Source: Flavobacteriales bacterium (GTDB taxonomy: Bacteria; Bacteroidota; Bacteroidia; Flavobacteriales; BACL11). Taken from it: a DNA stretch of 64,000 nucleotides. Shown here one piece after another: positions 44,546-53,827 of the stretch. Position 1 is the stretch's first letter; each line of letters begins with the position of its first letter. A program made the translations under genes and the position numbers. The stretch is taken from positions 50,236 to 114,235 of the forward strand of contig CANNBA010000003.1 of the NCBI GenBank assembly GCA_947502765.1, read 5' to 3'. The notes beneath the pieces were generated by a model. The model saw nothing but the letters and a program-made list of their open reading frames with translations. It did no database searches and was not told the origin of the DNA.

Positions 44546-47344
44546 ATGCCAAAAACACACAACAACACTACCGATAATATTGAGATTAGAGGGGCGAAAA
44601 TACATAACCTCAAAAACATCTCAATTAAGATCCCAAAAAACAAATTAATTGTTATTTCTGGAGTCTCAGGAAGTGGAAAATCGTCATTAGCCTTTGACAC
44701 TTTGTTTGCTGAAGGGCAAAGAAGATACATTGAAAGTCTGTCATCATACGCCCGGCAATTCCTTGGAAAATTACAAAAACCTGATGTAGATGAAATACTT
44801 GGCATTTGTCCTGCAATTGCTATTGAACAAAAAACAACTACTAACAATCCAAGATCAACTATTGGTACATCAACTGAGATTTATGACTACCTAAAATTGC
44901 TTTTTGCAAGAATAGGAAAAACATATTCACCAATATCAGCTAAAGAAGTGAAACGACATCAAGTTAGTGATGTTGTTGATTTTATCACTCAACAAAAAGA
45001 AGGCACAACTATTGTAATCCTTGCAAAATACCCAAAAAAAGATACTGATATATTAACTACTCTAAACCAACAAGGGTTTTCTAGGATTTATTTTGATGGA
45101 GAAATTCATAAAATAAATACTCTAATAAACGAAAACATTAGTATTACTGAAAAAGAAATAGCAATTGTAATTGACAGAATCATAATTGATCAAATTAATA
45201 ATGAGAGTAGAATTGCTGACTCTGTGCAAACCGCTTTTTTTGAAGGACATGGAGAATGCTCTATACTAATTGAAAAGAGTATAACAAACTTCTCAAATAA
45301 GTTTACACTTGACGAAATTATATTTGAAAATCCATCAGCTAACTTCTTTGCTTTTAACAATCCTTATGGCGCCTGTAAAGTATGCGAAGGGTATGGTTCA
45401 ATTTTAGGGATTGATCAAAAAAAAGTAATTCTGAATGAAAAATTATCTGTTTACCAAGGGGTAGTCGCCTGTTGGAGTGGAGAAAAAATAAGCGTATGGA
45501 AAGATAGATTTATTATACGTTCCGCCAAATATGATTTTCCAGTTCACAAAGCCTATAATGCTCTTTCAGAAGAAGAAAAAGATTTGTTATGGAATGGAAA
45601 AGATAAATGCAAAGGAATTCATCATTTTTTTCAAAAACTAGAAAGCGATAAATACAAAATACAAAATAGAGTGCTTATTGCTAGATACAGAGGAAAAACG
45701 CACTGTACTGATTGTGGAGGAAGCAGATTAAGAAAAGATGCGCTTTATGTAAGAGTAGATGGCAAAAATATTGCTGAAATCAACAAAATGAGTATTGCGA
45801 TAGCAATAGAATTTTTTAATACCATCAAACTAAATGATACTGATAAAAAAATTGCAGACAGATTAATTTTAGAGATAAAAAGTAGACTATACTACCTAAA
45901 TGAAGTAGGTTTGAGTTATTTAACCCTTGACAGAAAGTCAAATACTCTTTCAGGGGGTGAATCACAAAGAATTAATCTTGCCACATCAATTGGAAGCTCA
46001 CTTGTAGGAGCCATGTACATTCTAGACGAGCCAAGTATTGGATTACACTCTAAGGATACCGAAAGACTTATCAAAATATTAAAAGAGCTCAGAGATATCG
46101 GTAACACAGTAATTGTAGTAGAACATGATGAAGAAATAATGTGGGAGGCCGATCAAATAATTGATATCGGACCAGAGGCAGGGCTTAATGGTGGAGAAAT
46201 AATTTATCAAGGGCTCTTAAAAGATATCTTTAAAGAAAAGAAAAGCTTAACTACTAAGTATTTATCAGGAAATTTACAAATTCCAATACCAAAAATAAGA
46301 AGAAAATTAAAGGATAAAATCTCATTAAAAGGAATAAATCAGCACAACTTAGAAGACATTAACATTAACATTCCTATTGGTGGCTTAACCCTCATAACTG
46401 GAATGAGTGGTTCAGGAAAATCAACACTTGTAAGAGATGTTTTAAAGCCGGCCATCAATAATTATTTTGGCCTCTATTCAAAGGAAAATAAAAATTATGA
46501 AAGCATAGATATCAGTGCCAAATCATTAAGTAAATTAGAATTTATTGATCAAGATCCAATAGGGAAATCCTCACGATCAAACCCATCAACATATATAAAA
46601 GTATATGATGATATTCGTAAGTTATTTGCAAGCCAACCACTAGCGGAACATAGAAAATATACGCCTGGTTTTTTCTCTTTTAATGTTGATGGTGGCAGAT
46701 GTGACAACTGCAAAGGTGAAGGAGAAACTATAGTTGAAATGCAATTTATGGCTGATGTGTATTTGGAGTGTGAGCAATGTAAAGGAAAAAGGTTCAAAGA
46801 AGAAATCTTAGAAATAAAATTTTCAGATAAAAATATTGCTGATATTTTAACCTTATCAGTTGATGAAGCAATTGAGTTTTTTAATAGTAATAATCAACCA
46901 ACAATCGCCAAAAGGATTCAACCTCTCAAAGATGTTGGGTTAGGCTATGTAAAGCTAGGGCAATCTTCTAATACCCTAAGTGGTGGAGAGGCCCAAAGAA
47001 TTAAATTAGCTTTATTTCTAAGCAAAGGAAATACGCCAGATAAAACACTATTTATTTTTGACGAACCCACAACCGGCCTGCATTTTCATGATATAAATAA
47101 GTTGCTAAATTCCTTTTATGCATTAATCGAAAAAGGACATTCCATTATTTGTATTGAACATAATATGGATGTAATAAAATGTGCTGATTGGATTATTGAC
47201 TTAGGACCTGAAGGAGGAGATAAAGGAGGTAAAATAGTTTTTGAAGGCACTCCAGAGAATATGATTGAATCAAAAAAATCAATTACTGGAGAATATCTAA
47301 AAAAGAAATTAACTAGCGGTAATCTAAATAATTTTGTAAAATAA
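44546..47344 (+). CDS. uvrA: Excinuclease ABC subunit A family protein (UvrA paralogue type lacking first Zn-module cysteines)
   Basis: Two ABC ATPase modules (GVSGSGKSSLAFD, LSGGESQRINLA, GMSGSGKSTL, LSGGEAQRIKLA). Zn modules CKVCEG...CTDCGG and CDNCKG...CEQCKG are present. The start is placed at the ATG one codon after the TTG in the ORF track. Confidence 0.88.
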   Translation: MPKTHNNTTDNIEIRGAKIHNLKNISIKIPKNKLIVISGVSGSGKSSLAFDTLFAEGQRRYIESLSSYARQFLGKLQKPDVDEILGICPAIAIEQKTTTNNPRSTIGTSTEIYDYLKLLFARIGKTYSPISAKEVKRHQVSDVVDFITQQKEGTTIVILAKYPKKDTDILTTLNQQGFSRIYFDGEIHKINTLINENISITEKEIAIVIDRIIIDQINNESRIADSVQTAFFEGHGECSILIEKSITNFSNKFTLDEIIFENPSANFFAFNNPYGACKVCEGYGSILGIDQKKVILNEKLSVYQGVVACWSGEKISVWKDRFIIRSAKYDFPVHKAYNALSEEEKDLLWNGKDKCKGIHHFFQKLESDKYKIQNRVLIARYRGKTHCTDCGGSRLRKDALYVRVDGKNIAEINKMSIAIAIEFFNTIKLNDTDKKIADRLILEIKSRLYYLNEVGLSYLTLDRKSNTLSGGESQRINLATSIGSSLVGAMYILDEPSIGLHSKDTERLIKILKELRDIGNTVIVVEHDEEIMWEADQIIDIGPEAGLNGGEIIYQGLLKDIFKEKKSLTTKYLSGNLQIPIPKIRRKLKDKISLKGINQHNLEDININIPIGGLTLITGMSGSGKSTLVRDVLKPAINNYFGLYSKENKNYESIDISAKSLSKLEFIDQDPIGKSSRSNPSTYIKVYDDIRKLFASQPLAEHRKYTPGFFSFNVDGGRCDNCKGEGETIVEMQFMADVYLECEQCKGKRFKEEILEIKFSDKNIADILTLSVDEAIEFFNSNNQPTIAKRIQPLKDVGLGYVKLGQSSNTLSGGEAQRIKLALFLSKGNTPDKTLFIFDEPTTGLHFHDINKLLNSFYALIEKGHSIICIEHNMDVIKCADWIIDLGPEGGDKGGKIVFEGTPENMIESKKSITGEYLKKKLTSGNLNNFVK

Positions 47345-47723
47345 TAGTTGCACTCAGCTTATCAACTAGGGCTTTATTTTGCCTTGATTTCTTTTTAACT
47401 CCACTAGCTAATATACTTTGCTTAGCAATTTTAGAAGTAAATCTTTCATCAATTTGATGAACAAGAGTTGTTGGATATAATTTTTGCAATCGTTTTACAA
47501 AACCACTTACATGTGCTGTACTATCAGTGTTTGTGCCATCCAAATTTTTAGGATCGCCCACTACAAAGCAATCAATATCTTCTTTGAGTACAATATCAGC
47601 AATAAAATCATCAAGGGTATGAGTGGCAACAGTAGTTAATCCTGTAGCTATAATTTGCAGAGCATCCGTAATTGCAATACCTGTGCGCTTTGTACCATAA
47701 TCAATACCGAGCGCTTTGCCCAT
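47313..47723 (-). CDS. ruvX: Holliday-junction resolvase-like RuvX (YqgF)
   Basis: GIDYGTKRTGIAITD and IDERFTS; 136 aa. Confidence 0.85.
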   Translation of the reverse strand: MGKALGIDYGTKRTGIAITDALQIIATGLTTVATHTLDDFIADIVLKEDIDCFVVGDPKNLDGTNTDSTAHVSGFVKRLQKLYPTTLVHQIDERFTSKIAKQSILASGVKKKSRQNKALVDKLSATIILQNYLDYR

Positions 47724-50700
47724 TACTGCTTTACAATTTGATAAGTAATTGCCTCAGGCATTACTTTTATAGTGTAAGTTCCTGCTGAATATTCTGTCAA
47801 GTTTACAACAGTTTTTACTGACTGATTATTTAAAGATGAAATCCGCTTACCATTAGTGTCAAACACTTCTACAGTATGATTCTTAGCATCATTAAAAGTT
47901 AAGTTAAAACTACCCATAGTAGGGTTTGGAAAAAGTTCAAAATTAAAATTAGCCTCATCAATATTTGTTGTTTGACCTAAATCAATTGGAGGAAAAACAA
48001 TATAATCTAACCAAGCACAATCCTCACCATAATACACGCTTCCATCTTTATCATATTCCCACTCAAAATTATGAGTCCCCACTGTTACTGGGAAAGAAGC
48101 AAAACTCCAAGAATTATCAATACCTGACCACTCTCCTTGTTTGTTCCCATCAATATAGAATTGCAAAAAGTCATATTGTTCAGAAGAAACAAATTTATAA
48201 AATGAAATATCACCCGGAGCTGTTACATCTACATTGATCTCAAGGTTTGAAACCAAACCATCAGGTAATCCAGCTCCTGATTTTGTAGAGTTACTGCCTT
48301 CATAAACATTTACATTATCTATAGTCCATGGGTAATCAATATCATTTATCCAAGCATATTGTGTAAAATCACCCGTTTCGTAATCCTCATCAATAATTCC
48401 TATAACTTGACTAAAAGTATTATTGTAAGAATAAAAACCATATGTTAGATCAAATGGAAACTCAGCAAATGTGCCCACTGGAGTGTTTGGATTAATTGTG
48501 ATGTTAAAAGTAGTAGCCTGTTGTCCATTCACAGCCAAAGAAGCAACATTTGATGTTGTAGAATTAACTGTAACATAAGAAGATAAGCATCCTAAAGTAG
48601 CTATTAAACTAGCTATATCAGCATGACCTGTATTTGTTACATCAACAACTAAATCTAAAGTTTCGCCTGCATCCAAAACACCATTCCCATTGCCCAATAC
48701 GGCATCAGCAACTGTAAAATTAGTATGATCTAATACTGGAGCATTTAGTAATACGTTTACCGTTGAAGTCCAAGTGTTTCCTAAATTATCAGATATGGTC
48801 AATGTGAAAGTAGTAATATGCTGATCAGGAACAAAAGAAGCAACTTGAAAACTAAAAGGAGTTGGTATTGAAACAACCTGTGAGGTATTAATTAATGGTA
48901 TATTTACACTAGTATTAATTAATGTCACATAAGGATCTGTAGTAGTTATTACTACACTAACACTGGTTGCGTTAACCGAGCCTACATTATGCAAATTAAC
49001 CATCATATCAATAAGTTCATTATAATCAACAAGTGAGTTATTATTTCCTGCCATATCATTAATAACACTAGAAGAATAAATTACATACGGTCCATTAGGA
49101 GAAATAATTTGGACTGTACCTTCATAGGGTTGTTTGAATTGTTTGGTAATTACAATATCAGCAACTCCAACATTAGAAATCGCAGGGAAAGTTAAGTTTA
49201 CTATTCCTGTAGCATCAGCAAGCTGTGCATCAAAAAGAACTCCATTCATTGATATTGCAACATAAGCATTTTCCTCAGTTGTAACTGTAAAAGTAGTGGT
49301 GCCTACTGGAGTTGCAGCACCATGAGATGCAATAAGTAAAGTGGGTACACCAATATATGGCATTAAAGAGGGGTCTCCCATTAAATGATAAATTTCCCAA
49401 TAATACTGCTCGGAACCACCAGCTTGAGTAACTGCTAAATTTCCTGAATGCAACATTTGTCCGGTTGTAATAAACCAATCATCTTGCTGCTCTCCATTCT
49501 CGTGCATCAAACAATCATAGACTGCCAAACCAGTTCCGGCATAGGTAGGATTAGCAGAAATACTGCCATTACCAACAGCCCACCAAAAATCTTCATTCCA
49601 ATAAGTATTATTTGAACCTCCAATATATGCTACAGCCCCTTTATTACTTGCTCTTAAAATTGCTTCACCAAAACACACTGCCACATCAAATTTATTGGAT
49701 TGGCAACAATTTCCTATCATTACACCATATTGATCAAAATTTTGTAACCCACTAATATCAGATGTTTCAAAAGAAGGATCAGACCAGCCCGAACTACCAC
49801 AATGTGCCGAATAATTTGCAAAACCTACTCCAGCACTCACATCTGCAATAATAGCAGCTGAAGCTTGTGGCATATCAGAGGTAATTGGAGTTCCTGAACC
49901 ATATAAATAATTATGAATAGTTAATCCATGTGCTGCATTAAAATAATTATCTGTTCCATAATTTATTTGACCATTACCATAAGTTGGCGCCATAGAAGCA
50001 TCCACTCCTGCTACCAAAACTACCTCATCTAAAAAAGAAGGATCAGTAAAAGTATATTGCTCGTGGGTTAGTGTTTTCTGTACTTGAACTTGAACCTGTT
50101 CAGGAATAGTTGCTGAAAACCTCCCATAATACATCTCTGGATAAAAATCGCCACCACCATCAAATTCACAATAATACATATCGGAAAGATGCGAACCATT
50201 ATCAAATGATGGGACCTGTCCATCATCTCCTACAATTAACAAATAAGTTGGAGCAGGATCACTAGGCGTAGCATTGTCATACATATTTTTAATAAATGCA
50301 TGTATTGAAGTAGTTGTATTTCCTACTAAGGGGTCATTCGTATATCCCTGAACCACCATAAATCCCTTGCGAGTTTTCCAATCTACTAAAGGCTGTATAG
50401 CTGCTTGAAAAGCAGGATCAGCAATAATCACGTATTTCACTGGATAAGTTGTAATGACATCCTTTTGTTGTGAAGGTATGTAATTAATACATGTTTTAAA
50501 TAAATGGTTAAATTCTGCAGAATAGTATTTTTGTTGGTTTGTTTTATGACCTTCAAGATCAATATTCTTAAAAGTAATTTTCACCTCTAATTTTGTAATA
50601 ACTTTTAACTCATTAGTAGTAGGATTGTATTGAAAAGGAGCTACTGAAAGTCTTGCTAACTGTTGCCCTCTCATTTTGCCTAAAAGTTCAGTGGTTACTA

Positions 50701-51163
50701 TATCTGTATCATAAAAACCATCATTACTATAATATGCTTTATTAAAATAAAATGGTGCATCCTCAGCATTCTCTCCTTTTGAGATTGATGGTTGAGATGG
50801 AAAAACTAAATTATCAATCCCATAATCTGACAAAGAAATGATTTGCTCTTCTTTATTCAAAATCTTTATTGCAACAGTGGCACCAAAAGGAATATTAATC
50901 AACTCTTCCAAAACTGGTAATTCAGCATTTCCTTTTTTAGCATTTTCACCATAGCCACTAACGATTAATTTAACAAATTCGTTAGCATCTTTTTTCACTC
51001 TCAATGTATTAATCTCTGATAAGTGATTTACAAAAGTAAATTCAGATAATGATTTTGAGGTAATTACAAACTGATTGGAGGTTTCAGTTAACTTTATAAC
51101 TTGTGCATTTACTGAGATAGATAATAAAGTAATGAACGCAAATACTAATTTTGATAATTTCAT
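47723..51163 (-). CDS. Gingipain-like C25 cysteine peptidase, multi-domain, T9SS C-terminal sorting domain
   Basis: Signal peptide. Propeptide-like N-terminal domain. C25 core (YVIIADPAFQAAIQPLVDWKTRKGF, LLIVGDDGQVPSF, His region YSAHCGSSGW, Cys region VMIGNCCQSNKF). Ig-like repeats and a jelly-roll-like domain follow. T9SS CTD is present (FELFPNPTMGSFNLTF...GTYTIKV). Confidence 0.8.
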   Translation of the reverse strand: MKLSKLVFAFITLLSISVNAQVIKLTETSNQFVITSKSLSEFTFVNHLSEINTLRVKKDANEFVKLIVSGYGENAKKGNAELPVLEELINIPFGATVAIKILNKEEQIISLSDYGIDNLVFPSQPSISKGENAEDAPFYFNKAYYSNDGFYDTDIVTTELLGKMRGQQLARLSVAPFQYNPTTNELKVITKLEVKITFKNIDLEGHKTNQQKYYSAEFNHLFKTCINYIPSQQKDVITTYPVKYVIIADPAFQAAIQPLVDWKTRKGFMVVQGYTNDPLVGNTTTSIHAFIKNMYDNATPSDPAPTYLLIVGDDGQVPSFDNGSHLSDMYYCEFDGGGDFYPEMYYGRFSATIPEQVQVQVQKTLTHEQYTFTDPSFLDEVVLVAGVDASMAPTYGNGQINYGTDNYFNAAHGLTIHNYLYGSGTPITSDMPQASAAIIADVSAGVGFANYSAHCGSSGWSDPSFETSDISGLQNFDQYGVMIGNCCQSNKFDVAVCFGEAILRASNKGAVAYIGGSNNTYWNEDFWWAVGNGSISANPTYAGTGLAVYDCLMHENGEQQDDWFITTGQMLHSGNLAVTQAGGSEQYYWEIYHLMGDPSLMPYIGVPTLLIASHGAATPVGTTTFTVTTEENAYVAISMNGVLFDAQLADATGIVNLTFPAISNVGVADIVITKQFKQPYEGTVQIISPNGPYVIYSSSVINDMAGNNNSLVDYNELIDMMVNLHNVGSVNATSVSVVITTTDPYVTLINTSVNIPLINTSQVVSIPTPFSFQVASFVPDQHITTFTLTISDNLGNTWTSTVNVLLNAPVLDHTNFTVADAVLGNGNGVLDAGETLDLVVDVTNTGHADIASLIATLGCLSSYVTVNSTTSNVASLAVNGQQATTFNITINPNTPVGTFAEFPFDLTYGFYSYNNTFSQVIGIIDEDYETGDFTQYAWINDIDYPWTIDNVNVYEGSNSTKSGAGLPDGLVSNLEINVDVTAPGDISFYKFVSSEQYDFLQFYIDGNKQGEWSGIDNSWSFASFPVTVGTHNFEWEYDKDGSVYYGEDCAWLDYIVFPPIDLGQTTNIDEANFNFELFPNPTMGSFNLTFNDAKNHTVEVFDTNGKRISSLNNQSVKTVVNLTEYSAGTYTIKVMPEAITYQIVKQ

Positions 51164-51182
51164 AATAAGTTTTTATTTACTA

Positions 51183-51190
51183 CAAAAGTA
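51183..51190 (-). promoter_or_regulatory. Candidate -7 promoter box (TACTTTTG on minus strand) for the C25 peptidase gene
   Basis: Plus-strand CAAAAGTA is the reverse complement of TAnnTTTG, 19 nt upstream of the minus-strand ATG at 51163. Confidence 0.4.
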
Positions 51191-51231
51191 GACTAATTAT
51201 TTCTTACATCACAACTTTCATTATAAAAATC

Positions 51232-51398
51232 TTATCCATTCAAAATGTTGTTATATCTCTTTTTATCCAATTCTTATTTCACTTTAAGTTCTAAATCAAG
51301 AACATACAATTTCTAGTAATTTTTATTGTATAAAACCAATCAGAATCTAATTAACAAACAATTGCATTTTTGTTGAATTTTATTTCATTTTATCCACA
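51232..51398 (+). promoter_or_regulatory. Cluster of three co-oriented DnaA-box-like motifs (TTATCCAtt, TTATCCAat, TTATCCACA)
   Basis: TTATCCA heptamers at 51232, 51263 and 51390, all on the same strand. The third is a perfect TTATCCACA consensus. They lie in the 285-nt AT-rich divergent intergenic region. Confidence 0.35.
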
Positions 51399-51410
51399 AT
51401 ATATTGAAAT

Positions 51411-51418
51411 TAGTTTTG
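51411..51418 (+). promoter_or_regulatory. Candidate -7 promoter box (TAGTTTTG) for the TonB-dependent receptor gene
   Basis: Exact TAnnTTTG match, 30 nt upstream of the TTG start at 51449 and 12 nt downstream of the perfect DnaA box. Confidence 0.4.
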
Positions 51419-51448
51419 TTTTTTTGCATACACTTTTAAAAATCTATT

Positions 51449-53824
51449 TTGAACTCCTCTTATTTTAAAAACACAACAAAATCTACTCTAGTAATAGCTT
51501 TCTTATTGTATTCATTTAGTGCTATTGCACAGAATCAATATACTATTAGTGGCTATGTTCAAGATAATGAATCAGGCGAAAACCTAATAGGTGTTTCTAT
51601 TTATGATCAGAAAACATATAAAGGTACTGCCAGCAATCAATATGGATTCTATTCTCTAACTATGGAAGAAGGAAATTATATGATTATGTACTCATTCATA
51701 GGATATAAGACTATTACTAAAAACATTACTTTTAATAAAGATCTCCGATTAAATGTAGGATTAAATAATGATGCTATTCTAACAGAAGAAGTAATTGTAA
51801 CGGGTGAAAGATTAGATAAAAATGTAAGCAGTTCTGATATGAGCCAAGCCAAACTAGAAGTTGAAAATATCAAACAACTACCTGTAATTTTTGGAGAGGT
51901 TGATATTTTAAAATCAGCACAACTTTTACCTGGAATTCAATCAGGTGGAGAAGGAAATTCAGGCCTATATGTAAGAGGTGGTGGTCCTGACCAAAACTTG
52001 ATATTACTTGATGAAGCAGTAGTGTATAATGCTGCCCATCTTTTTGGCTTTTTCTCGGTATTTAATGCAGATGCTATTAAAGATATCAACATCATTAAAG
52101 GAGGTATGCCTGCAGAATATGGAGGAAGACTTTCTTCCGTTTTAGACATTACTATGAAGGATGGTAATAATAAAAAATATGAAGTTGATGGCGGTATTGG
52201 TTTGCTTTCCTCACGCTTAACTATTCAAGGACCGATTCAAAAAGAAAAAAGTTCTTTTATTGTTTCTGGAAGAAGAACTTATATAGATGTGCTATCAAAA
52301 CCATTTATACCTAAGGATAGTCCATCTTATGGTTCAGGATATTATTTTTACGATTTAACAACCAAAGTAAATTACAGAATATCTGATAAGGATCGTTTGT
52401 ATTTAAGTGGATATTTTGGGAGAGATGTTTTTAACTTTGCTAATACCGATAACGGTATTGGAATAAAAATCCCATGGGGAAATGCTACTACTTCATTAAG
52501 ATGGAATCATTTATTTACTGATAAATTATTTATGAACACATCACTTATATTCTCAGATTTTCGCTTTGAATTTAATATTGCTCAAAGTGAATTTGAACTA
52601 AAAATATTCTCAGGAATTAATGATTGGAATACTAAGGTTGATTTTTTGTATCAACCCAACCAAAGACACACTGTAAAATTCGGAACCAATTATATTTATC
52701 ATGAATTCAGCCCAGGTAATGCTTCCGGAAAATCAGGTGATGTAGTTTTTGAACCGGATCAAATATTTAAACAGTATTCCAATGAGGGGGCTTTGTATTT
52801 ATCAGATGATTTTGAAGTTTCGGATGTATTAAAAATACATGCAGGATTAAGATATTCTTCTTTTCAACATAGCGGATATATCAGTTTCCGTGACTATATA
52901 AAAAATGATTTTACTAGAAGTGATGATAATTACAGGCATATCGAGCCTAGATTATCATTTAGATATCAATTAACACCTACAAGTTCTATTAAAGGTGCTT
53001 ATACTCAAAACTACCAGTACATTCATTTAGCATCTACTTCAAGTGTAACTTTACCAACAGATCTTTGGATTCCAAGTTCTGCAGGTATAGAGCCAAAATT
53101 TGCCGATCAATATGCAATAGGTTATTTTAAAAATCTAAATGATAATATGTACGAAACTTCTATTGAGGCCTATTATAAAGAAATGACCAATCTCATTGAG
53201 TACAAAGAAGGGGTTTTGCCAGAGGATAATACCAATACAAGTAGTGATGATGCTTTTGCTTTTGGCAATGGTGATTCTTACGGAATTGAATTATTACTTA
53301 AAAAGAACAAAGGAAAAACAACTGGCTGGATTGGTTACACCCTTTCCAAAACAACATTATTCTTTGATGATGTAAATAATGGAGATCCTTTCCCTGCTAA
53401 ATACGATAGAAGGCATGATCTAGAGATAACCGCTACACATAAACTATCTGATAAATGGAGCTTTAGCAGTGTTTTTGTTTATGGGACGGGCAATGCAATT
53501 ACACTTCCTAATGAAAGATATGCAATAGGAGAAAATATTTATACCGAATTTACTTCTAGAAATGGATTTAGAATGGACCCTTATCACAGGCTTGATATAA
53601 GTGCTACATATACCCCTCAAAAGAAGAAAAAATTCCAATCTTCATGGAACTTCTCAATCTATAATGTTTATAGCAGAAAGAATCCTTATTTTATTTATTT
53701 TGCATTAGAAGCACCAGAAGGAGTTGAAGATGGGAGTTTTGTAGAAGGTAATGTAACTCCAAAAGCCTATCAAGTTTCCATATTCCCAATTTTACCATCT
53801 GTTACCTGGAACTTTAATTTTTAA
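51449..53824 (+). CDS. TonB-dependent outer-membrane receptor (CarbopepD_reg type)
   Basis: Signal peptide, ISGYVQD...GENLIGVSIYD regulatory-like domain, plug (LPGIQSGGEGNSGLYVRGGGPDQNLILLDEA), and barrel ending ...VTWNFNF. The TTG start is inferred because there is no in-frame ATG in the signal region. Confidence 0.85.
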   Translation: MNSSYFKNTTKSTLVIAFLLYSFSAIAQNQYTISGYVQDNESGENLIGVSIYDQKTYKGTASNQYGFYSLTMEEGNYMIMYSFIGYKTITKNITFNKDLRLNVGLNNDAILTEEVIVTGERLDKNVSSSDMSQAKLEVENIKQLPVIFGEVDILKSAQLLPGIQSGGEGNSGLYVRGGGPDQNLILLDEAVVYNAAHLFGFFSVFNADAIKDINIIKGGMPAEYGGRLSSVLDITMKDGNNKKYEVDGGIGLLSSRLTIQGPIQKEKSSFIVSGRRTYIDVLSKPFIPKDSPSYGSGYYFYDLTTKVNYRISDKDRLYLSGYFGRDVFNFANTDNGIGIKIPWGNATTSLRWNHLFTDKLFMNTSLIFSDFRFEFNIAQSEFELKIFSGINDWNTKVDFLYQPNQRHTVKFGTNYIYHEFSPGNASGKSGDVVFEPDQIFKQYSNEGALYLSDDFEVSDVLKIHAGLRYSSFQHSGYISFRDYIKNDFTRSDDNYRHIEPRLSFRYQLTPTSSIKGAYTQNYQYIHLASTSSVTLPTDLWIPSSAGIEPKFADQYAIGYFKNLNDNMYETSIEAYYKEMTNLIEYKEGVLPEDNTNTSSDDAFAFGNGDSYGIELLLKKNKGKTTGWIGYTLSKTTLFFDDVNNGDPFPAKYDRRHDLEITATHKLSDKWSFSSVFVYGTGNAITLPNERYAIGENIYTEFTSRNGFRMDPYHRLDISATYTPQKKKKFQSSWNFSIYNVYSRKNPYFIYFALEAPEGVEDGSFVEGNVTPKAYQVSIFPILPSVTWNFNF

Positions 53825-53827
53825 ATT

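Noticed and set aside
44536-44847. 103-aa minus-strand ORF antisense to the uvrA N-terminus.
   Set aside because: It overlaps the highly conserved Walker A region of uvrA on the opposite strand and shows no domain features. It is a likely frame artefact.
47313-47344. Convergent 3'-end overlaps: uvrA/ruvX 32 nt, YqgE/class IV aminotransferase 23 nt at 60938-60960, YrdC-like/coaE 17 nt at 14227-14243, and EEP/YbbR 11 nt at 23615-23625.
   Set aside because: This is a real feature of the sequence. It is consistent with a compact genome that shares terminator space, and there is no evidence of a specific regulatory role.
47723-51163. Possibility that the C25 protein is the T9SS sortase PorU.
   Set aside because: It has a propeptide-like domain, several adhesin/Ig-like modules and a cargo-type CTD. 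No porV-like gene is adjacent. This rejection is tentative and only a phylogeny could settle it.
51245-51316. 23-codon ATG ORF (MLLYLFLSNSYFTLSSKSRTYNF) inside the large spacer.
   Set aside because: It is too short, has no coupling or promoter context, and overlaps the DnaA-box-like motifs. It is most likely a chance ORF.
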